39,400 nucleotides of DNA from Hyphomicrobiaceae bacterium (GTDB lineage Bacteria; Pseudomonadota; Alphaproteobacteria; Rhizobiales; Hyphomicrobiaceae): contig JANOVN010000493.1 in assembly GCA_031417455.1 (NCBI GenBank), positions 1-39,400 of the forward strand. The letters are read 5' to 3'. The notes beneath the pieces are model-generated. The model ran no database searches. It had not been told where the DNA came from and worked only from the letters and a program-made list of their open reading frames with translations. Each line of letters starts with the position of its first letter. The first letter of the stretch is position 1. Position numbers and translations under genes: made by a program. This document shows positions 10,781 through 19,125 of the stretch, in pieces.

Positions 10781-11861
10781 TGGCCAGTCCCTCGGCCAAC
10801 CGGACCTTCTGACCTTCGCGAAGTCGATTGACGCCCGCTGTCACCACGATGTCGCCTTTAACCAGCCCCTCGCCGATGATAACCCGGTCGGTCTCAAACC
10901 GCGACACGACGACGGGTTTAAGTGCCACCGCTTGACTGGCCGCCTGATAGACCCACACCGCAGGCTTCCCGGCTTTGTCGAATAGCGCGCTCCCCGGCAG
11001 CACCACGACCGGCGCAGTGGTCGTCTTCAATCGGCCCACCACGCTCGCGCCAAACCGCATCGACTCGGGCGGATCCTTGAGCGTCACCTTGACCTGATAG
11101 GTTCGCGTCGCCGCGTCAGCGACCGGCGAAATCTCACGTACCACCCCATCGGCTGACACATCTGGATTGCTCAGCAGCGTGACGACGATCTCGGGCCGTT
11201 CGCCTTCCGGCCGCCCACGAAACGCGGCCTCCGAAATCGCAAACACCGCATCCTTTTCCTTGGGCGGCGCGAGCCGGACGATCATCTGCCCGGTGTTGAT
11301 GACCTGCCCCGGTTCCGCCCCCACCGCCGTGACGATCCCGTCGAAATCCGCGCGTAGTTCGGTGTAGCGCAACTGATCCTTGGCCAGCGACAATGCAGCC
11401 TTCGCCGAGTCGAGCTTGGCCTCCGCCGAGCGGAAATTCTTCAACGCCGCATCGTAGTTCGTGCGCGTCGTCGTCCCGGTTGCAAGCAGCTGTTTGAGCC
11501 GGTCCTCCGCGCCCTTGGCTTCCGTCAACACCGCCTGTGCCGCGACGACATCGGCTTCCGCCGACTTAAGCTTGTTGCTGGTATCCTGCTCGTCTAACCG
11601 TGCGAGCGTTTCGCCCTTTGCAACCGACACGCCGACATCGGCGAGCCGGGCGATCAGCTTGCCCGAGACCCGAAAACCAAGATCGCTTTCCTGCCGTGGC
11701 TTGATCTCGCCAACCGCGCGGCTGTCGTCGGCAATGGGCTTAGGATCGACTACCACCGTTCGCACCGGGCGAACTTCCACGGTCTTGGGCGCTTCTTGTC
11801 CGCACCCCGACACCGCGCCAGCCAGTCCAACCCAACATGCCACCAAACCGCGTTTCAGCAT
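10773..11861 (-). CDS. RND efflux periplasmic adaptor subunit, lipoprotein
   Basis: MLKRGLVACWVGLAGAVSGC lipobox at ATG 11861. Barrel-sandwich and coiled-coil hairpin segments typical of the AcrA/MdtA family. Confidence 0.9.
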   Translation of the reverse strand: MLKRGLVACWVGLAGAVSGCGQEAPKTVEVRPVRTVVVDPKPIADDSRAVGEIKPRQESDLGFRVSGKLIARLADVGVSVAKGETLARLDEQDTSNKLKSAEADVVAAQAVLTEAKGAEDRLKQLLATGTTTRTNYDAALKNFRSAEAKLDSAKAALSLAKDQLRYTELRADFDGIVTAVGAEPGQVINTGQMIVRLAPPKEKDAVFAISEAAFRGRPEGERPEIVVTLLSNPDVSADGVVREISPVADAATRTYQVKVTLKDPPESMRFGASVVGRLKTTTAPVVVLPGSALFDKAGKPAVWVYQAASQAVALKPVVVSRFETDRVIIGEGLVKGDIVVTAGVNRLREGQKVRLAEGLANE

Positions 11862-12031
11862 GACGATCCCCAATTTGAAAGTCGCGCAACCATACGAGAT
11901 CAGCGCAGAACATCGCGCATTTGTTTGCCAACGCATCTCATCTGCGCGCTATGCATACCATTCGTAGTAATGGTTCATGTATGGTCTATCAAGCGCCGTC
12001 GAGCCATCTAGACCATTGGCTCCTGCCGCGT

Positions 12032-12045
12032 TTGATGGAAATCAT
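12032..12045. promoter_or_regulatory. Near-consensus FixK/FNR-like box TTGATggaaATCAt (one mismatch), 73-86 bp upstream of GTG 12118
   Basis: Read directly in the divergent intergenic region between the RND adaptor gene and the APH/P-loop gene. Confidence 0.3.
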
Positions 12046-12117
12046 GGTCACGCGGCATGGCAATGCGAATTATGAGCTAAGCTTCGGTAGTGGCCCCCCA
12101 AAGGAACAGTCGCAATT

Positions 12118-13692
12118 GTGACCGAGGAAATTCAGCCAGACGCTCTGATCCAAACCGAACGAATTCAAGCCGAAGTGATCGCTTTCCTCAAGCAGCCATC
12201 GTCATGGCCGGACGCCCCGCCAAATGTGGACACCATCGAAACTCACGGTGCCGTCGTCTTCATGGCGGGCGAGAGGGTGCTCAAGATCAAGCGCGCCGTA
12301 AAGCTCCCCTACTTGGATTTCTCCACGTTGGAACGTCGCTGGAAATTCGCCGACCGTGAGTTCGAGATAAACGCACCCAATGCACCCGAGATCTATCTCG
12401 GCGTGATCGCGATCACCCGCGAAGCTAGCGGTACCCTCACCATCGGCGGCACCGGCACGCCCGTTGAATGGGCCGTCCACATGCGCCGCTTCGGCCAAGA
12501 CCACTTGCTGTCCCACGTCGTCGAACAGCACGGCCTTTCGACGGATTTAAGCCTCGCCTTAGCCGATGCCGTCGTCAAATCCCACCGCTCCGCCGCTCCT
12601 GTCATCGCCCCATCCGATTCGCTCGACGCTGTCGCGACGAAGGTCGTCTCTGCCTTCTCGTCGATCCCCGATGCCCCGCTCACTGAGGCTTGCTCTCAAT
12701 TCTCAGCCGCCATCGATGCCGCCTTGAAAGCCAGCGCCTCCATCCGTTCCATCCGCGCCAAGGCCGGCTACATCCGCCGCTGCCACGGCGACCTCCACCT
12801 CGCCAACCTCGTCCTTTGGAACGGCTCTCCCACGCTGTTTGACGCCATCGAATTCGACGAGCAGATAGCCACCATCGACACGATCTATGACCTCGCCTTC
12901 CTGTTGATGGACCTCGAACGCCACGGCGCGCGTCCATCGGCCAACATCGTCCTCAATCGCTACCTCTGGAAAACCGGCGATCCGCTCGACCTCGAAGGCC
13001 TCGCCGCGCTCCCCTTCTTCATGGGACTTCGCGCCGCCATTCGCGCCATGGTGACCCTCGACCGCGCCCGTCTCAAGCCCGATCAGCGAGCGGAATTGAC
13101 CGCCCGGGCCGTTGAAACCCTGCAGCTCGGCACTGACCTGGCAACGCCAAAGCCCGCGCAATTGATCGTCGTCGGCGGCCTCTCGGGCACCGGCAAAACA
13201 ACCCTGGCAGCGCAGCTCGCCCCCAATTTTGGCTCAGCCCCCGGCGCGGTTCACCTGCGCACCGACCTCGAGCGTAAATGGCTGGCAGGCGTCTCCGAGT
13301 TCGAACGCCTCCCGCAAAGCGCCTACACCCAAGACGCTTCTGACGCCGTTTTCGCGCGCACAGCGGCCCGCGCGCGACTTGCCTTGCGGGCCGGCCACAG
13401 TGTCATCCTCGACGGCGTCTTCGCCCGCCCCGGCGAACGCCAGGCCGTGGAAGACATAGCCCATGAATCCAAAGCACGTTTCAGCGCCCTCTGGCTTGAA
13501 GCAGCACCGCAAATCATGAAAAACCGCGTCACGCGGCGCACCCGTGATGCCTCCGACGCAACCGCCGCCGTTGTCGAAATGCAGCTTGCCTTGGACACCG
13601 GTCATCCCCGCTGGTCGCGGCTCGACAGTTCCATCCCTGCTGATGATCTGTTAGCAAAAGCAACGGCCACTCTCGGCCTGCTCTGCCATTGA
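12118..13692 (+). CDS. Bifunctional aminoglycoside-phosphotransferase-like kinase / P-loop (AAA_33-like) ATP-binding protein
   Basis: N-terminal APH/eukaryotic-like kinase fold with catalytic HGDLHLANLV and DAIEFD. The C-terminal third carries Walker A GGLSGTGKTT. GTG start. Confidence 0.8.
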   Translation: MTEEIQPDALIQTERIQAEVIAFLKQPSSWPDAPPNVDTIETHGAVVFMAGERVLKIKRAVKLPYLDFSTLERRWKFADREFEINAPNAPEIYLGVIAITREASGTLTIGGTGTPVEWAVHMRRFGQDHLLSHVVEQHGLSTDLSLALADAVVKSHRSAAPVIAPSDSLDAVATKVVSAFSSIPDAPLTEACSQFSAAIDAALKASASIRSIRAKAGYIRRCHGDLHLANLVLWNGSPTLFDAIEFDEQIATIDTIYDLAFLLMDLERHGARPSANIVLNRYLWKTGDPLDLEGLAALPFFMGLRAAIRAMVTLDRARLKPDQRAELTARAVETLQLGTDLATPKPAQLIVVGGLSGTGKTTLAAQLAPNFGSAPGAVHLRTDLERKWLAGVSEFERLPQSAYTQDASDAVFARTAARARLALRAGHSVILDGVFARPGERQAVEDIAHESKARFSALWLEAAPQIMKNRVTRRTRDASDATAAVVEMQLALDTGHPRWSRLDSSIPADDLLAKATATLGLLCH

Positions 13693-13797
13693 CCGCAATC
13701 AAGGTTGTCGCGGCCGACCGGTATGATGGTACAAACCTGATGCATTGCGTTGCCACCCGTTTGCCAGACCCGCCGCCCCTGATCACAGGACGAACCA

Positions 13798-15828
13798 ATG
13801 GCCCACCAGCCTGCCGGTCAAGCCGAGGCCCCCTCGCAACTGCTGGCGGGAATTCTGGCCATCGCAGCCGATGCGATCATTGCCATCGATGAGACCCAAA
13901 AAATCACCATCTTCAACAATCGGGCGGAGCAGATCTTTGGTTATGCGCGCGCCGAGATCCTTGGTCAGCCGCTAGAGCGTCTCTTGCCGGAACGCTACCG
14001 AGGCCGTCACGGCGAGTACGTCAAGTCATTCGGTGCCGGCCCGCTTGAAGCCCGTCAGATGGGCGAGCGCCAGGAGATCTACGGGCAGCGCAAGTCGGGA
14101 GAGGAGTTCCCGGCCGAAGCCGCCATTTCGCGTATGACGCAAGGTGAGCAGCACATCTACACCATCGTCTTGCGCGATATATCCACGCGCAAAACCTCAG
14201 AAAATGCCTTGCGCCAAAGCGAGGAACGTCTCCGGCTGTCGGTGGCCGCCGGCCGCATCGGCCTGTTCGAATATGATCACAAATCCAATCAGATTTTCTG
14301 GTCGCCGCTGTTTCGTGAAATTCTTGGTCTCGGCGAAGAGGTCCACGCAACCCTCGAGTCCTATATGTCGGCCAGCCACCCCGATGATCGAGACATGATC
14401 CGCGCCGGTTTGGAGCGCGCTTACGATCCTGAAGGCAATGGTGTCTTCGCCCTGGAACACCGCGTCGTGCCCTGCGTTGGCAAAGTCGGCTGGGTCACCA
14501 ACAATTCCCAGACCTATTTCGCCGGCGTTGGCCCCGAACGCAAACCGGTCCGCACCGTCGGCGCCATCCGCGACATCACCGAACGGCGGCTTTACCTAGC
14601 GGAACTGGAGACCCGCGTCGCCGAACGCACCCGCGCCCTGCGCGACGAAATCCAGCAACGCGAAGTCGCTCAAGCCGCCCTCGTTCAGTCGCAACGCATG
14701 GAAGCCATTGGCCAACTCACCGGCGGCATCGCCCATGACAGCAACAACCTGCTGACAGTCATCCTGGGTAATCTCGAAATGATCGAGGACGAACTGCACG
14801 GCCATCCGGCGATGAAATACCTGAAAGAAGCCGAGGAAGCAGCCCACATGGGCGCACGTTTGAACCAGCGGTTGTTGACTTTTGCCCGCCGCCGCAAGCT
14901 TGAATCCAAAGCCATCAACTTGAACGTCCACGTCCTGACCATGAGCGAACTTCTCCGCCGCACCATCGGCGAAGGCGTCGATTTGACGACCAACCTCGCC
15001 CACGATCTCTGGCTAGCCCGCGTCGATCCCAGCGAAATCGAAAATGCCATCCTCAACCTCGCCATCAACGCCCGCGATGCGATGCCCGAAGGCGGCAGCC
15101 TCCGCGTCGAGACGCAAAATTGCGCCATCAGCAAAGAGAACGCGCAGAACAACAATGGTCCAGCCGTCGGCGATTACGTAAAGTTATCGGTGTCCGATAG
15201 CGGTAGCGGCATACCGCCAGAGGTCCTCGCCCGCGTATTCGAGCCGTTTTTCAGCACCAAAGACCAGGGCAAAGGCACCGGCCTCGGCCTTTCGATGTTG
15301 TATGGCTTCGTCAAGCAATCGAACGGTCATGTCGCCATTTCCAGCGAACTCGGCTGCGGCACCACGGTCGACGTATTTCTTCCCCGCGCAGTTGACGCCA
15401 AAACATCCCGCGACACGGTCCACGAAGACGGCGGCGTCATCCCAGGTCGCGGCGAAACGATCCTCGTCGTGGAGGACAACGCCCAGGTCCGCGCTCTGAC
15501 GGCGGCTCGTCTGCGGCGTTTGGGTTACAGTGTCACCGAGGCCGACAACGGCCCGCACGCGCTTTCAGCCCTTGAATCAGGAACATTACCCGATCTCTTG
15601 TTCAGCGATGTCGTCATGCCTGGCGGCATGTCCGGCTTCGACGTCGCTCGCGCCGTCTGGCAACGCCACCCCAGCCAGCGTGTTCTGCTCACGTCCGGCT
15701 TTGCTGAAAACCTTGCCCCGACCGATGATCCGCTGTTTTCCGACAGCACGATCTTGCGCAAACCCTACAATCTCGCCGATCTTGCCCGCGCCATCGCCAA
15801 ATCCCTCGACGCCCCACTAAAGACCTGA
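13798..15828 (+). CDS. Soluble PAS-PAS hybrid sensor histidine kinase with C-terminal receiver (hFixL-like candidate)
   Basis: Two PAS domains. H-box [15 protein letters not shown]-box [11 protein letters not shown]1 DSGSGIP, G2 GKGTGLGLS. Receiver domain ILVVEDN...[11 protein letters not shown]...LLTSGF. No TM helices. Confidence 0.9.
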   Translation: MAHQPAGQAEAPSQLLAGILAIAADAIIAIDETQKITIFNNRAEQIFGYARAEILGQPLERLLPERYRGRHGEYVKSFGAGPLEARQMGERQEIYGQRKSGEEFPAEAAISRMTQGEQHIYTIVLRDISTRKTSENALRQSEERLRLSVAAGRIGLFEYDHKSNQIFWSPLFREILGLGEEVHATLESYMSASHPDDRDMIRAGLERAYDPEGNGVFALEHRVVPCVGKVGWVTNNSQTYFAGVGPERKPVRTVGAIRDITERRLYLAELETRVAERTRALRDEIQQREVAQAALVQSQRMEAIGQLTGGIAHDSNNLLTVILGNLEMIEDELHGHPAMKYLKEAEEAAHMGARLNQRLLTFARRRKLESKAINLNVHVLTMSELLRRTIGEGVDLTTNLAHDLWLARVDPSEIENAILNLAINARDAMPEGGSLRVETQNCAISKENAQNNNGPAVGDYVKLSVSDSGSGIPPEVLARVFEPFFSTKDQGKGTGLGLSMLYGFVKQSNGHVAISSELGCGTTVDVFLPRAVDAKTSRDTVHEDGGVIPGRGETILVVEDNAQVRALTAARLRRLGYSVTEADNGPHALSALESGTLPDLLFSDVVMPGGMSGFDVARAVWQRHPSQRVLLTSGFAENLAPTDDPLFSDSTILRKPYNLADLARAIAKSLDAPLKT

Positions 15829-15832
15829 CCGG

Positions 15833-16558
15833 TCAAATCTTGCGAACGTCGCTTGAAAACACGTAGCCGACGCTGCGAACCGTCTTGATATGGCGCGGCC
15901 GGTCGGGGTCCGGCTCGATTTTCTTGCGCAATCGCGCGATGGCGGAATCGACGGAACGATCAAACGCGCTCCAATCATGCCCTTTGAGCAGGTTCATGAT
16001 CTCGTCGCGGCTCAGGACGCGCTGGGGATGTCGTAGAAACAACTCGAGCAGGTTGAACTCGGTCGTTGTCAGATCGATCGAGGCACCCTCAGCCGACATC
16101 AACTCGCGCCGTCCCATATCCAAAACTCCGCCGACAAACGACAGACGGCTGCCGGTTCCCTCTGCAACACCAACGGGGGCCGCAGCCGGAGTTTCCGCCC
16201 CGTACCGCCGCAACACGGCCTTCACTCTGGCAACGACCTCCCGCGGGCTGAACGGTTTTACGATGTAGTCGTCGGCACCCAATTCGAGCCCGACCACCCG
16301 GTCGATTTCGTCGTCCTTGGCCGAAATCATGATGATCGGCACGTTCAAGCTGGCTCGGATCTCACGGGCAAGTGCCAGCCCGTCGTCACGGCCAAGCGTT
16401 AGATCGAGCGTAATGAGATCGACGGCGCGCGCCTCAAGGCCCTCCCGCAGCTCGCGGGCGTTCGCAGCCTCGGTGACCTCAAAGCCCTCCTTTTCAAACC
16501 GGTTGCGCAGTAGCGCTCGCACCTGGTCATCGTCGTCAACGACGAGAATATGGGTCAT
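15833..16558 (-). CDS. OmpR/PhoB-family response regulator (FxkR-like candidate)
   Basis: Receiver domain ILVVDDDD...LITLDLTLG...KPF, followed by a winged-helix output domain (TTTEFNLLELFLRHPQRVLSRDEI...IKTVRSVGYVF). Confidence 0.9.
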   Translation of the reverse strand: MTHILVVDDDDQVRALLRNRFEKEGFEVTEAANARELREGLEARAVDLITLDLTLGRDDGLALAREIRASLNVPIIMISAKDDEIDRVVGLELGADDYIVKPFSPREVVARVKAVLRRYGAETPAAAPVGVAEGTGSRLSFVGGVLDMGRRELMSAEGASIDLTTTEFNLLELFLRHPQRVLSRDEIMNLLKGHDWSAFDRSVDSAIARLRKKIEPDPDRPRHIKTVRSVGYVFSSDVRKI

Positions 16559-16607
16559 TATCGTCTCGCAACCATCGCAAAGCAGCCTGTCCTATCACAC
16601 ACTTTGA

Positions 16608-16625
16608 CACAAACCGCCACAAACC
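16608..16625 (+). promoter_or_regulatory. Direct repeat CACAAACC-gc-CACAAACC (10-bp period), 74-91 bp upstream of the fixK-like ATG; candidate OmpR-family tandem binding site
   Basis: The repeat is read directly. Its regulatory role is inferred from position and the 10-bp helical periodicity. Confidence 0.3.
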
Positions 16626-16698
16626 CGGCAAAGGCCTGCGACGTACGTTTGGTTTGGTGAACCCATCGGACAATTCATCGAATCCTTGGGAGCAGTTC

Positions 16699-17415
16699 AT
16701 GCTGACGATGCGCGAAGACTACAATGTTTCCGAGAGCCGGGCGCCCATGTCGCCGTTCCAAGCCACGCCCTTGCGTAAAATGACGCTTGGCGATCATCTG
16801 GAGGGTGCTCCCCTCCGCGGTATCGAGTCCAAGGACCATCTGTTCACCGAAGGCGAAACCAAGACCCACGTCTATCAGGTTGTGACCGGCGCGGTCTGCC
16901 TCTACAAGGTGTTGGCCGATGGTCGCCGTCAGGTGATCGACTTTGCCTACGGTGGCGACATGATCGGCCTTGGCCTTGGCCCCGTCGAAGCCTGCAACGC
17001 CCAGGCGACGATCGCCACGCGCGTCCGCTGCCTTCCCGTCTCCGCGCTTCGCTCCATCCTGCGCAATGAACCTGCTGTCGCCGTGAAAATCTGCGAAGCC
17101 CTGACCCAGGAATTGACTGCTATCCGCGATCATCTGGTCTGCGTCGTTCAGCGCAGCGCGACCGAACGGCTCGTAACCTTCCTTCTCGCCCTGTCACAGC
17201 GCAACCGCGCCAAGGACCGCGATCCCAATACGATCGAATTGCCGATGACCCGCGCCGACATCGGTGACTTCTTGGGTCTGACGATCGAAACCGTCAGCCG
17301 GACCTTCTCGAAGCTCAAAGCCAGCGGTGTCCTTGAGATTGATCAAGGAACCACGATCCGTCTGCGCGATATTGGAGTGTTGCGAGCGTTGGCGGACGGT
17401 GCGGAACTAACGTGA
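16699..17415 (+). CDS. fixK: Crp/Fnr-family transcriptional regulator, FixK-type (no N-terminal Cys cluster)
   Basis: cNMP-like beta-roll (HLFTEGETKTHVYQVVTGAVCLYKVLADGRRQVIDF). C-terminal HTH RADIGDFLGLTIETVSRTFSKL carries the E--SR recognition motif of TTGAT-binding FNR/FixK proteins. Start is uncertain: TTG 16654, ATG 16699 or ATG 16708. Confidence 0.85.
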   Translation: MLTMREDYNVSESRAPMSPFQATPLRKMTLGDHLEGAPLRGIESKDHLFTEGETKTHVYQVVTGAVCLYKVLADGRRQVIDFAYGGDMIGLGLGPVEACNAQATIATRVRCLPVSALRSILRNEPAVAVKICEALTQELTAIRDHLVCVVQRSATERLVTFLLALSQRNRAKDRDPNTIELPMTRADIGDFLGLTIETVSRTFSKLKASGVLEIDQGTTIRLRDIGVLRALADGAELT

Positions 17416-17425
17416 GGCCAAGCCG

Positions 17426-17998
17426 ATGGATCCCAATAGAACTGTGCTTGACCGGCCGGATCGCCCGGTGAGAACAGCACTGGACGACGGTCGGAGCAAC
17501 GGTGCAGTGGAAGATGGCCCAATCAGACACCGGATTTCGCTACTCGCCTTCGACGAGGCAGAGGTTTTGTGCCAGGCCGCCCAGGATCTGATTCTCAATG
17601 GCTTCACCGCCAGCCAGTTTTGCATGTTCGGTGTAACGTCGGATCTTCTTGGCATCGCTGAATTACCAAACAACGGCGACGGACTAGGCCGGGCTCTCGC
17701 CGACTTATGGATCGAGCCGCTTTGCCGTCTGAAACTGACAGGCTCTGATCTGGTCGCCATGCGCTGCGGGCGGCGCGCCGCCAGCTTGTTTGAAGTTAAT
17801 GAGCCGCGAGTCTTGAACTGCGAATGGATGCGGCCCGACCTCAGCCGCTTGATCGCCTCATCTGTCGCGCAGGGACAGACCATCTTGCTGGTGGCATCCA
17901 ATTCCGCAAAACAGCATGCGCTGGGTGCCCGCCTGTTGTTACGGCACGGCAGCCACGACCTCCAAACCCATGAGTTTTCCGTCCGTCACCCGTCGTAA
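17426..17998 (+). CDS. Hypothetical protein, 190 aa, no family recognised; starts 10 nt after the fixK-like stop
   Basis: Long ORF with acceptable third-position GC. The competing antisense ORF (17407-17901) is Arg/Ser-rich and looks spurious. No signal peptide, TM helix or motif that I can name. Confidence 0.5.
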   Translation: MDPNRTVLDRPDRPVRTALDDGRSNGAVEDGPIRHRISLLAFDEAEVLCQAAQDLILNGFTASQFCMFGVTSDLLGIAELPNNGDGLGRALADLWIEPLCRLKLTGSDLVAMRCGRRAASLFEVNEPRVLNCEWMRPDLSRLIASSVAQGQTILLVASNSAKQHALGARLLLRHGSHDLQTHEFSVRHPS

Positions 17999-18015
17999 TC
18001 CGTCACCCGTCGTAA
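17982..18015 (+). repeat. Perfect 17-bp tandem duplication tccgtcacccgtcgtaa x2; the first copy contains the stop codon of the 190-aa ORF
   Basis: Read directly. Confidence 0.9.
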
Positions 18016-18045
18016 CAAGTCGCATGCATAGATCGGAGGCCAGCA

Positions 18046-18360
18046 ATGGTCCGCTTCACCGCCGTCTTCGCCCTCCTCGCGCTTCTGACGGCATCGGCCC
18101 GTGCGCAAACGACAGGCGACGTCGGGCGAGGCCGGGTGGTTGCAAACAATTTGTGCGCCGAATGTCACGCCGTAAATTTAGGCGAAACCTCACCCCGGCT
18201 CGAAAGTCCGGCATTCGAAAAGATCGCCGCAACTCCGGGAATGACCGAACTCGCCATTAAGGTCTGGCTGCAAACGCCGCATCCAACGATGCCCAATCTT
18301 ATGCTCCCCGCTAACGACCGCGAAGACATTGCCGCCTATATCACCAGCCTCAAGAAGTAA
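18046..18360 (+). CDS. Small periplasmic class I c-type cytochrome
   Basis: Signal peptide FALLALLTASARA, heme motif CAECH, distal Met region PHPTMPN. GGAGG lies 7 nt upstream of the ATG. Confidence 0.85.
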   Translation: MVRFTAVFALLALLTASARAQTTGDVGRGRVVANNLCAECHAVNLGETSPRLESPAFEKIAATPGMTELAIKVWLQTPHPTMPNLMLPANDREDIAAYITSLKK

Positions 18361-18370
18361 GCCTTGCAGG

Positions 18371-18398
18371 TTGGGTTTATCCCACTGGACAAACCCAA
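18371..18398 (+). terminator. Hairpin TTGGGTTT-N12-AAACCCAA just downstream of the cytochrome c stop; candidate terminator
   Basis: 8-bp perfect inverted repeat read directly. The loop is large and the U-tract weak (ttggtgt). Confidence 0.4.
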
Positions 18399-18583
18399 TT
18401 GGTGTAAGCAGCCAATTGCCTTGACGGGGAATTAAGAGTCGAAAACTGCTGAAGTCAGAAAAAGGTTTTGGTCTTCCGTGAAAACTTCGGTTGCTTGCGA
18501 AAACAGCCAAATCACCAGGGCCGCCCACATCAATCGCACGACGATAAGCCGTATCATGTCTTAATCCCGCGCAATTGACATTG

Positions 18584-19057
18584 TCATCGCGCCGTCGCGA
18601 ATTTCCAAGACCGTCGGTTGATTATCCACCCCGATGAAGTACCCGTCACTTCCGGCTGGAACGACAACACCGCCCCCACGACATCGGTGCACCCGCTGGT
18701 CCGGCAATGTTCGACCGCGAGCCTGATATCTTCCCCCGTCGAATCGTCGCCCTCATAGCCGACAAATACATGATGCCCGACGACCGCCATCGGCACCCGC
18801 GGATCGGACAGTCCGATCGCATGGACCACCCGGACGAACGCCTCCGCATCGTCGGAACTACTAACAATGTCGAAGGCGCGATATCGAACCCGCTCGTCGC
18901 TGGCTGCGAAACGCTTGATAAAACCCAAGCCGTTCGCACAGAAATCACAGTTCGATGCGCCGAAATAATAAATCTGCGGCTCAAGATCTTTCGCAGCAAC
19001 CGGCAGAACCGATCCCAGAAAAATCGCCAGTGAAACAATGAGGCTCTTGCCAAACAT
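18584..19057 (-). CDS. Secreted thioredoxin/glutaredoxin-like protein with a CxxC motif
   Basis: ATG 19057 preceded by GGAAGGA. Signal peptide MFGKSLIVSLAIFLGSVLPVAA. YYFGASNCDFCANG redox motif, plus a second Cys pair HCRTSGC. Confidence 0.6.
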   Translation of the reverse strand: MFGKSLIVSLAIFLGSVLPVAAKDLEPQIYYFGASNCDFCANGLGFIKRFAASDERVRYRAFDIVSSSDDAEAFVRVVHAIGLSDPRVPMAVVGHHVFVGYEGDDSTGEDIRLAVEHCRTSGCTDVVGAVLSFQPEVTGTSSGWIINRRSWKFATAR

Positions 19058-19125
19058 ATTGCAGTCCTTCCATTCAAAACTGGCCCGTCGATACAAATTT
19101 GCCTTTCGAAGGATATCGACAGGAC

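Noticed and set aside
17407-17901. 164-aa minus-strand ORF competing with the 190-aa plus-strand ORF
   Set aside because: Arg/Ser-rich with low complexity, and it overlaps the fixK stop. The plus-strand frame has better composition and an operon-compatible position, though it too is only moderately supported.
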